From positions 1 through 64,000 of the forward strand of contig NIVC01001274.1 in the NCBI GenBank assembly GCA_002269645.1: a stretch of DNA of 64,000 nucleotides, read 5' to 3'. The notes beneath the pieces are model-generated. The model was given only the letters and a program-made list of their open reading frames with translations. It had not been told where the DNA came from and did not search any database. The position numbers and the translations under genes are program-made. Of this stretch, positions 16,601 to 28,600 are shown piece by piece (the first letter of the stretch is position 1; each line of letters starts with the position of its first letter). The stretch comes from Macrostomum lignano. Taxonomy: Eukaryota.

Positions 16601-19600
16601 AACGGACTTTTGCCCTGAAAGTCTCCAGCGTTCAAGCACTTCGATAGAACAGTAGCTGGCTGGTTGGGCTCAGTTTTCAACTGCAGCAGCGCCTTGACCA
16701 GGTCAGTGCTGTTCGCCAGCACAGCCCAGTGCAGCCCAGTTCTCAATTGGGCGTCCACTTTTCCGAGCAGTTTCGAATTCTTCTTTACCATCAGCATGGC
16801 CTCCTCTTGTCTGGCTTGTCGGCAGGCCCAGTGAAATGGCGTCATGAACTCGGCGTCGTTTTCTTCCTCGCTGGCCTTCAATAGTGGCGTTTTGAATGTC
16901 AACGTTCGAAGCAATTCAGAGGCGTCCCCATGGATTTTATGGTGCGGGGGACAAAGCCAAATAATGATACATGTACATGTACATTATATTGAGAATTTGT
17001 GTTGTCGCTAGCTCTCATTTTGACTGTGCAGACACTCATTTTGGCTCTGCAGACACTCATTTTGACTGTGCAGACACTCATTTTGACTGTGCAGACACTC
17101 ATTTTGACTGTGCAGACACTCATTTTGACTGTGCAGACCTCATTTTGACTGTGCAGACACTCATTTTGACTGTGCAGACACTCATTTTGACTGTGAAGAC
17201 ACTCATTTTGACTGTGCAGACACTCATTTTGACTGTGCAGACACTCATTTTGGCTCTGCAGACACTCATTTTGACTATGCAGACACTCATTTTGACTGTG
17301 CAGACACTCATTTTGACTGTGCAGACATTCATTTTGACTGTGCAGACACTCATTTTGACTGTGCAGACACTCATTTTGGCTCTGCAGACACTCATTTTGA
17401 CTGTGCAGACACTCATTTTGACTGTGCAGACACTCATTTTGATTGTGCAGACACTCATTTTGACTGTGCAGACACTCATTTTGACTGTGCAGACACTCAT
17501 TTTGACTGTGCAGACCTCATTTTGACTGTGCAGACACTCATTTTGACTGTGCAGACACTCATTTTGACTGTGCAGACACTCATTTTGACTGTGCAGACAC
17601 TCATTTTGACTGTGCAGACATTCATTTTGACTGTGCAGACACTCATTTAGGCTATGCAGACACTCATTTTGACTGTGCAGACCTCATTTTGACTGTGCAG
17701 ACACTCATTTAGGCTCTGCAGGCACTGATTTTGGTGCTGTAAAGCAATTTTTTTTTCATAGCAGGTTCACTAAGGGGCACAAAGCATTGGCATATCCGTC
17801 TAGAGCTGGTACATGTACATGTCCCCCTGTCCCATGGTGGCGTGCCCCGGAAGCAATTTGAAAGCCTATTAATAAATCGTGTAGCAAACTTTTAATGTCA
17901 AATAAAAAAGTTACCTCTTTCATCAGAGCGTCGTAAATATTCGTGTCTTGCTGCCTGAAGCACCTTTAATTAAATAAACAACAAGCGAAAATGAAAATAC
18001 GAGTTACTTGAAGTAGAACTGAAAATATAACAATGTCAAAAAGACTCCTAAAAACATTGTTTTAAATTACTTCTAAATCTGGATAAATTGATAACACAAA
18101 GATAAAATTTAACAAAAAATATACATCGTTACTTCTTTTGTCACCGGCCTTCACCCAGACGGAGCTTCTGGACATTCAACAGGTGACACCAGATACTTAT
18201 GGACACTAGATTGAGATTTGTCATCATACGCTTTTATATTTCTGAAGCTCTCAAAAGTTATTTAATACTGAAATATGACTATAGTGAAGCTATTCAATAT
18301 ATTACTATTTCATTATCATAAAGGAAATAAAGGTGTCATAAGTCCTCTTATACTGCTAGTACTCATTGGGTATTAATATTTTAACTGAGAAGCTGTTTTG
18401 ATAATTATACTGTAAGTTAAACCCAATTTTTTTGCAGAGAGAGTCTCGAAGGAACGAAACTACGAAAATTTGATTTAATCCACTGTCATGTATGAAACCG
18501 TTAAATTTTCGTAAAATGGGTCGTAAAAAAAGGAGGCGACGACGACTGGATAAACGACTAAATGCTTGAGAAGCTATAGCAGTTTAGGACTGCCCACTAT
18601 CGAGCCTTGATCAGAGATAACAGAGAAATTTGCCACCCGTTGAAGATCCAGAAGCGACGTTTGGTTGAAGGCCAGTGACCCAAAAGAAGTCAGAACTGAT
18701 GCAGACACATGGTCGACGTGGTCGACGTGCTGATAAATTTTGGAGGCTTGGCAAGTCTGCACAGGTTGGTGACAGGAGTGTATTGAGCCAAAATGCAAGA
18801 CTGACAATGCAAGACTCTGTGCAAAGCAGTGCGCCACTCTACTCACCAATGCATGGCTGTTCTGCCCTGCTTGTCCTTCGTATACTTTGAAGCACCGAGC
18901 TTTAACAGTTTGATCACCGATTTTGTGTGACCGAGAGCCGACGCAGTCAGCAGAGGCGTGGATTTGTCGCTCTGAAATACGGGTTTGATATGATTATTAC
19001 AGTGAGTAGTTATGAAGATGCACTTCCAGCTCATATCGTTAAGACATAGAGAATCTAGCGTAATGCGTGCGGGACGGAACCCGATGAAAACGGTACCAAC
19101 AAGAGATTTATTTGTACTAACAAGTACCAACAACGGTACCAACATCATTCTGAATGACTCTTTCGCGTCTCTTACGATTCTGCAACTCTCACGTGACGAG
19201 CAACAATCGCCTCTCCGTCGCATCGAGAGTAACTAGAGAGACACTAGAGAGTTGCTTGCAAGGATTTTTTTGCGATTCTTGTCACGGTAACGTTTTTAAC
19301 GGGGAAAGAGGGAAGAAAGAAGAGACAAACCTTGAGCGGATAAACTGCTATTATGAAGTTTCAAAGGACCCACAGGCCGAAGTTCGCCGACCGATCGATG
19401 CTTTAAAAAAATACGAGTACAAGAAAGCTCTTACATTTACTGCATTGATGTCAGCTCCATGACCTACTAGCCATTCTATTTTCTGTAAAAAAGAAATTTT
19501 TAGGAGAATAGATGAAGTAAAATTGGCCATGTATTTGAATGAAGGTAGTAAAAATAACTTAATACCTCGGCCTCGTTGCTAACTACAGCGTAGTGAAGCA

Positions 19601-22600
19601 TGGTGTTCCCGTCGTGATCTTTCATTTTGATCGCTTTCTTCTGAGCCTCTTTTTCGAGTTTATCTACAAGCATATAGCAAGTGTCAATGTTTCAGTTCTA
19701 CTTGGGCTATGCTTAAAGATAAGAAATATTCAAACTGTTAATGATCCAGTCTCTCACCTAGTAGATGTTCCAGCAAGCTTCCTTTCACGGAAGCAGCAAG
19801 CATCAGTGGCGTCACATCGTGGTTGTCTTTGCTAGTAAGCAGTTTATTGGCGTTTTGACTGGGCTGCAATTTATTTGCATATTAATTAATTAACTACATT
19901 TTTATATCAATCAAATAACGTCTGGGCGTAACCATTTCATTCGAGGGGCGCCATTTTATCTAAAGGGGCGCCATCACATTTAAGGCGGTGTCATTTCATT
20001 TGAGGCGGCGCCATTCCATTTGAGGGGGCGCCATTTTATTTCATCTAAGGTAGGGGCAGAACTATGGTCACAGCACACTAAATTAATAAATAGAAAATGC
20101 AATGATATTTGCTTTACCGGAATATTCTTCCAAAACAGAGTTTTCTGTCCCTCATTCACCGGAGCTGCCGATTCGCGTAAAATCTGCGATTGATTAAAAT
20201 TTAGACGTATTTTAGTCATCTGACTTATGCGTGTTAAACATGCGTATGTAACTAATGTCAGGTGTCGTAAGTATATTTGATTTGAGGCGGTCCAGAGTCG
20301 CATTAGAGTCACTGAGTTGTGTTTGAAGCGCATTTTCGTCGTTGATGAATTAGAGTCACATTTCCGGCGTTTCGGCGGCGTTCTGCAGTCGCTAAAAAAG
20401 TCGCAGAAGAAGAGCTTTAGCGTCACTGGAGATTGTTAGTGCGTCACTTCTGAGGCACTTTGGACGCGTTACAGAGTCGTTACTACTGGCCTTAAACAGA
20501 CTGTTGAATCGTAATTTCTGGGCGAATAGATAAATGCATGCTCATCGACTCAGAAGCGATGCAGTAACGATTTTACAGTGAAGCTAAAGCGCTTCTTCTG
20601 CGACTTTTAGGCGAATTGTATGCGTCCATTACTCCGCCACGTTCAGTGGCTTGCCAATTTGGGGGAGGCCTGCCTATTTATACCGCCGAGTGGCCTTTGC
20701 GCTCTCGCCACTCTCGCCACTCTGCACTCAATTTTTTGAACGAAATAAAAATAGAAAATTGCCCGTAACTTTTGGGGAGTCGGTTTGCTGCTCCCCCTTT
20801 ACGCTCGTAATGCTTCGTTGCGCTGTTGCCGTCTCTTGCTCGTCAAACATCGCTTTGTTTGCCTCTTTGCCTGTCCATCCTTATGGTTTAACCGTGACAT
20901 CTTGTCATTTTAGAGTCATTTCGAATCACTTCTTTCCAATTTGACCTGTCATCCGCAACGCGTCTGAAACGACTCTGAGACGACGCTAGTGACTCCGGGA
21001 AGCTTCTTGGCTTAAGTACCGTTTTAATCGGGCCCTCAGTTTTAGCCTATTACAACCTAATTGCGCTTTAACTAGCAATTTAAAAGTCACAAGAGTCGCC
21101 CCAGACGCGCTAGAGTCACTAGAGAGTTGTTTGCAACGACTTTTTAGCGACTCTTGTCACGGTATTGTTTTCAACGGCTGAATCTCATGTGGTGGATGAT
21201 TAGGAGTGCCTCTCATGTGGTGGATGATTAGGAGTGCCTCTCATGTGGTGGATGATTAGGAGTGCCTCTCATGTGGTGGATGATCAGGAGTGCCTCTCAT
21301 GTGGTGGATGATTAGGAGTGCCTCTCATGTGGTGGATGATTAGGAGTGCCTCTCATGTGGTGGATGATTAGGAGTGCCTCTCATGTGGTGGATGATTAGG
21401 AGTGACTCTCATGTGGTGGATGATTAGGAGTGCCTCTCATGTGGTGGATGATTAGGAGTGCCTCTCATGTGGTGGATGATTAGGAGTGCCTCTCATGTGG
21501 TGGATGATTAGGAGTGCCTCTCATGTGGTGGATGATTAGGAGTGACTCTCATGGATTTTAAGGGGTGCCATTTCATCCTAAGGGTGCCATTTCAACTGTG
21601 GTGAGGCGGGCAGAGGATTTAGCACACTAAATTAGTAAATAAAACATGCAACGATCTTTGCCATACCTGCATATTCTTCCAAGGCTGTTTTTCCAGTTTC
21701 TCGTTCACCTTCGCCGACACGCAGATTGAAACCTGTGATTGGTTAGAATTTAGACGTATTTTAGTCATCTAACTTATTCATGTCATACATGCGTATGTAA
21801 GTGTAGCAAGTATATTTGAATTTTGTATGACTCTCGTGGGCGGATGATCACAAGTGACTCTCATGGGTTCAATGATGAGGGACTCTCATTGATTTGAGGG
21901 GGCAATATTATATCTAAGAGGGCGCTATTCTATTTAAAGAGGCGCCATTTCATCTTAGGGGGCGCCATTTTATCTGGGGGCGCCATTTCATCTAAGGCGG
22001 CGCCATTTTATTTGAGGGGGCGCCATTTCATCTTAGGGGGCGCCATTTCATCTGAAGGGCGCCATTTAATTTCAGGGGCGCCATTTCATCTTAGGGGGCG
22101 CCATTTCATCTGAGGGGGTGTCATTTAATTTGAGGGGCGCCATTTCATCTGAAGGGCGCCATTTCATCTGAGGGGGCTTAAAACTAGAGTCGTTAGCACA
22201 CTAAATTAGTAAATTAAAAATTTATAGATTTTTTGCCTTACCGGATTACAACATTTGCAGCCTTTCTTAGTCGCTTTATTGTTCCAATCGTAGGCGAGTA
22301 AAAGCTGTGTTTGGTTAGAAATTAGACGTATATTAGTCATCTGATTTATTCCCATTAAACATGCGCTTAAGAATGTCGCAAGTATATTTGAACAAGTTCA
22401 TTGATCAGAAATGACTCTCATAGAATCGATGATTGATCAGAAGCGACTCTCATAGAATGGATGATTGATCAGGAGTGACTCTCATAGAATCGATTATTGA
22501 TCAGGAGTGACTCTCATAGAATCGATGATTGATCAGGAGTGACTCTCATAGAATCGATGATTGATCAGAAGCGACTCTCATAGAATCGATGATTGATCAG

Positions 22601-25600
22601 GAGTGACTCTCACAGAATCGATGATTGATCAGTAGTGACTCTCATAGAATCGATGATTGATCAGGAGTGACTCTCATTGAGACGATGATTGATCAGGAGT
22701 GACTCTCACAGAATCGATGATTGATCAGGAGTGACTCTCACAGAATGGATGATTGATCAGGAGTGACTCTCATAGAATAGAATGGATGATTGATCAGGAG
22801 TGACTCTCATAGAATAGAATGGATGATTGATCAGGAGTGACTCTCATTGAGACGATGATTGATCAGGAGTGAATCTCATAGAATCGATGATTGATCAGGA
22901 GTGACTCTCATAGAATCGATGATTGATCAGGAGTGACTCTCAAAGAATCGATGATTGATCAGGAGTGACTCTCATAGAATCGATGATTGATCAGAAGCGA
23001 CTCTCAAAGAATCGATGATTGATCAGGAGTGACTCTCATCGAGACGATGATTGATCAGGAGTGACTCTCATGGGTCGATGATCCGGAGTGATTCTCATGG
23101 AGACGATGATCAGGAGTGACTCTCATTGCGACGATGATTGATCAGGAGTGACTCTCATGGGTCGATGATCCGGAGTGATTCTCATGGAGACGATGATCAG
23201 GAGTGACTCTCATTGCGACGATGATTGATCAGGAGTGACTCTCATAGAATGGATGATTGATCAGGAGTGACTCTCATAGAATGGATGATTGATCAGGAGT
23301 GACTCTCATAGAATGGATGATTGATCAGGAGTGACTCTCATAGAATCGATGATTGATGAGGAGTGACTCTCATAGAATGGATGATTGATCAGGAGTGACT
23401 CTCATAGAATCGATAATTGATCAGTAGTGACTCTCATAGAATCAATGATTGATCAGGAGTGACTCTCATAGAATCGATAGACTCACTTTAATGATATTAT
23501 CGTCATTTCGATTGCAAGCAATGTGCACCGCTGTCTGTCCTCTGTCGTCTCGAATGTTCCAGTCAATTTCAGCTCCAGCCAGCAGGCTGATCAGTGCCCG
23601 GCTGTGGCAAAAATTCGCCGCTAAGTGCAACGGCGTCAGTCCTTTGCATGTCGCATTGGCAGCCTTGTTTCGGCGTTCGCTACCCTTGGAGCCATAGGAA
23701 TTGAGTATCGCCGAAACTATTCGGGCTCTGCCGCACTGCACTGCCAAGTTTAGACAACTCAAACCCGTTGCTTCGTCGAGATAATCCAGACAGACTGACC
23801 CGTATTTTGTGGTCAGCTGAGAAAACTTTTCTGCTTGCCCAGTGCGAATAGCGTGAAAAATCTGCGAACATTGAATTAAACTCAGACTGGTGAACACTGA
23901 TTTAATCTAGTCGAAGCTATTTAATCTAATCTAGGCTAATCTATTTTATCTAATCTAATCCAATAGATTATACTCGTATAATCCATATAATCCAATCCGG
24001 TCTAATACATTCAAATCTCATCTATTTTAATATTATCCATTTTAATCTAATTTAGTCCAGTTCAATATAAAATAATATAATATAATTAATCGAATCGAAT
24101 CGAATCGAATCGAATCGAATCGAATCGAATCTAATCTAATCTAATCTAATCTAATCTAATCTAATCTAATCTAATCTACACTAATCTAATCTTATCTTAT
24201 CTTATCTAATTTAATCCCATATACTAACAATTCTAATCTAATATAATCTTATCAAGTCTAATGTAAACTGGTCTTATTAATGACAACGTAAACTTATAGA
24301 ATTTGCAATCCTATATACTAAAAATGAGTTGTTTGTTTGTACGCAATCGATTAGAGAAAAAATGGCTTAACCGATTTTCATGAGACTTGCACTGTTCGAT
24401 CAGAAATTTTCCCGTGACGGTACATGCATCGTGGCTAAGAAATTGCTCGATGCTAAAGGCATTAAATATTCGAAAAACATGCTTTTTTGCAAAGGTCAAG
24501 CAAACTTTTCGACTTGAAATGCATTGTAAGAATGCTAGAGAAAAAACTGACTGGTTGATTCTGATTCTGAAATAGATTGCATCATAACTGAATTGTAACT
24601 CCGACTTGAATTGAAAATGCAGTGTGGAAGCGTAGCACCAGACTTGATTTAAATTGCGTAACCATATTGTTAACTGATACTGACTGACTGAGAAACTGAT
24701 TATGTCATAACTGCTTCGTGTGATTTACTCTATGCTTGGAGTTTTGAAACTTATAATTATATTATAGAAGTGCTAAAATTCATGTTATCAAAACGATGAC
24801 AGCTAGCCTAGAGGTAAACAGACTGATTGCTAAATGCAGGGACGATGGTTCGGATTTTTAGAGAGTTTTTTTAATTAAAGTTTTTTAACGCCAAGAAAAC
24901 TAAAAAATCATGGAAGCGTCATGTAAAAAATCATAAAAGCGTTATGTAAAAAATCATAGAAGCGTCATGTAAACAATCATAGAAGCGTCATGTAAAAATC
25001 ATAGAAGCGTCATGTAGACAATCATAGAAGCGTCATGTAAACAATCATAGAAGCGTCATGTAAACAATCATAGAAGCGTCATGTAAAAATTATAGAAGCG
25101 TCATTTAAACAATCATAGAAGCGTCATGTAAACAATCATAGAAGCGTCATGTAAAAATCATAGAAGCGTCCTGCAGAAATCGTAGAAGCGTCATGAAATA
25201 ATCATAGAAGCGTCATGTAAAAAGCATAGAAGCGTCATGTAAAAAATCTTAGAAGCGTCATGTAAAAATTATAGAAGCGTCATATAAACAATCATAGAAG
25301 CGTCATGTAAAAATCTTAGAAGCGTCATGTAAAAATTATAGAAGCGTCATATAAACAATCATAGAAGCGTCATGTAAACAATCATAGAAGCGTCATGTAA
25401 AAATCATAGAAGCGTCATGTAAAAATCATAGTAGCGTCATGTAAAAATCATAGAAGCGTCCTGCAGAAATCGTAGAAGCGTCATGAAATAATCATAGAAG
25501 CGTGATGTAAAAAGCATAGAAGCGTCATGTAAACAATCATAGAAGCATCATGTAAACCATCATAGAAACGTCATGTAAAAAATCATAGAAGCGTCATATA

Positions 25601-28600
25601 AACATCATAGAAGCGTCATGTAAACAATCATAGAAGCGTCATGTAAACAATCATAGAAGCGTCATGTAAAAATATAAGCGCCATGTAAAAACCATAGAAG
25701 CGTCATGTAAACAATCATAGAAGCGTCATGTAAAAAATCATAGAAGCGTCATGAAAAAATCATAGAAGCGTCATGTAAACAATCATAGAGGCGTCATGTA
25801 AAAAATATAAGCGTCATGTAAAAACTATAGAAACGTCGTATAAACAATCATAGAAGCGTCATGTAAAAATCATAGTAGCGTCATGTAAAAAATCATAGAA
25901 GCGTCATGTAAACAATCATAGAAGCGTCATATAAACAATCATAGAAGCGTCATCTAAAAATCATAGAAGCGTCACGTAAAAATCATTGAAGCGTCATGTA
26001 AAAAAATCATGGAAGCGTCATATAAACATCATAGAAGCGTTATGTAAACAATCATAGAAGCGTCATGTAAAAAATCATAGAAGCGTCATTTAAACATCAT
26101 CGAAGCGTCATGTAAACAATCATAGAAGCGTCATGTAAACAATCATAGAAGCGTCATGTAAAAATATAAGCGTCATGTAAAAAGCATAGAAGCGTCATGT
26201 AAACAATCATAGAAGCTTCATGTAAAAAATCATAGAAGTGTCATGAAAAAATCATAGAAGCGTCATGTAAACAATCACAGAAGCGTCATGTAAAAAATAT
26301 AAGCGTCATGTAAAAACCATAGAAGCGTCATGTAAACAATCATAGAAGCGTCGTGTAAACAATCATAGAAGCGTCATGTAAAAATCATAGAAGCGTCATG
26401 TAAAAATCAAAGAAGCGTCATGTAAAAAATCATAGAAGCGTCATGTAAAAATCATAGAAGCGTCATGTAAACAATCATAGAAGCGTCATATAAACAATCA
26501 TAGAAGCGTCATCTAAAAATCATAGAAGCTTCACGTAAAAATCATTGAAGCGTCATGTAAAAAATCATGGAAGCGTCATATAAACATCATAGAAGCGTTA
26601 TGTAAACAATCATAGAAGCGTCATGTAAAAAATCATAGAAGCGTCATTTAAACATCATCGAAGCGTCATGTAAACAATCATAGAAGCGTCATGTAAACAA
26701 TCATAGAAGCGTCATGTAAAAATATAAGCGTCATGTAAAAAGCATAGAAGCGTCATGTAAACAATCATAGAAGCGTCATGTAAAAAATCATAGAAGTGTC
26801 ATGAAAAAATCATAGAAGCGTCATGTAAACAATCACAGAAGCGTCATGTAAAAAATATAAGCGTCATGTAAAAACCATAGAAGCGTCATGTAAACAATCA
26901 TAAAAGCGTCATGTAAAAAATCGTAGAAGCGTCATTTAAAAAATCATAGAAGTGTCATGTAAAAAATCGTGGAAGCATCATGTAAAAAGCATAGAAGTGT
27001 CATGTAAAAAATCATAGAAGCGTCATGTAAACAATCATAGAAGCGTCATGTAAAAAATCGTGGAAGCATCATGTAAAAAGCATAGAAGTGTCATGTAAAA
27101 AATCATAGAAGCGTCATGTAAACAATCGTAGAAGCGTCATTTAAAAAATCATAGAAGCGTCATGTAAACAATCATGGAAGCGTCATGTAAACAATCATAG
27201 AAGCGTAATGTAAAAATCATAGTAGCGTCATGTAAAAAATCATAGAAGCGTCATGTAAAAAGCATAGAAGCGTCATATAAACAATCATAGAAGCGTCATG
27301 CAAACAATCATAGAAGCGTCATGTAAAAATCATAGAAGCGTCATGTAAAAATCATAGTAGCGTCATGTAAACAATCATAGAAGCGTCATATAAACAATCA
27401 TAGAAGCGTCATGGAAAAGCATAGTAGCGTCATGTAGACAATCATAGAAGCGTCATGTAAAAAATCATAGAAGCGTCATGTAAAAATCATAGAAGCGTCA
27501 TGTAAACAATCATGGAAGCGTCATGTAAAAAAAATCTTAGAAGCGTCATGTAAAAAGCATAGAAGCGTCATATAAACAATCATAGAAGCGTCATATAAAA
27601 AATCATAGAAGCATCATGTAAAAAAATATGGGGGCCGTAGCCCAGCGGTAGCGCAGCTGCTCTGGTGTGCCGCGACCCAGGCTCGATTCCAAGTGCAGCC
27701 ACAAAAATTTGGGGCTGAATTGGAAATTCGGCTTGGCTCGCTTGTGCAATTTACGGCCTTGAGAGCCAACCCCCCAAGGCGCAGTGAAGTGTACATGCCT
27801 AACAATTGATAAAGTTAGGGCCGCTGTACACTCCTGTGTGAGTGTGTGCCTGCGTAACGTATCCGCGCGCTTGTATGCCTGCTCAGGGGAGTCGGCGGAA
27901 TGGGCAGCAATGCCTCTCGCCGGTTGTGTGCCTATGTCGCCTAAAGTGCGCCAGGGTGCACACAACCCCCCTGCCTCTAATAAAAAAAATCATGTAAAAA
28001 TCATAGAAGCGTCATGAAAAATCATAGAAGCCTCATTTAAAGACTAATGAAAGTGTCATTTAAAAAATTAAGAAGCATCATGGTAGAATAAAAGAAGCGT
28101 CATGTCAGACATGAAGGTGTCATGTAAAAATTAAATGCAGTTATAATGCTGTGCTGGGGAGAAAAACTGAGACGTAAAGGCTCTCAGAGAATAACTGAGA
28201 TTACGGGGGGGGGGTGGTTCTGAGATGTCAAAGCAAAAGTCAGAAGCTACTTCAAAGTTCATGTACTTTACTCAATTTTTTTATTGCATTCTTTGTTGGC
28301 TCGCCACGGGGGGAGGCGCTGATAGAAGAAGAGTCATGTAAAAAATAAAAGTAGCACTAAGTATACATAAAAGAAAGGTCATGTCGAAGTTAAAAGATTC
28401 ATTTGGGAATTGCTACGATGTCAAAGCTTGGTGGAAATCGTTATAGTGCTGTGATTCTTAAAGAAGGAATCACTAAAATGTCAAGGCTTAGGGGAGAAGA
28501 ATTGCTGAGATTTCAAGGCTTTAGGTTGGGTGAAAGTTAGGTTTAGGTCAGGTGTGGGTTGAGGGTTATATTTTATCGGGTTTCAAGGTTAACAGGGGAT

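Noticed and set aside
16899-17525. MSVCTVK / LTVQTLI ORFs
   Set aside because: 21-bp satellite; the unit is divisible by 3, so the frames stay open by chance.
27630-27705. Bona fide tRNA gene (also 48118, 9330-9402, 51100)
   Set aside because: A and B boxes are present, but there is no intact cloverleaf or acceptor stem; each continues into a SINE body, and two have a tail and TSD.
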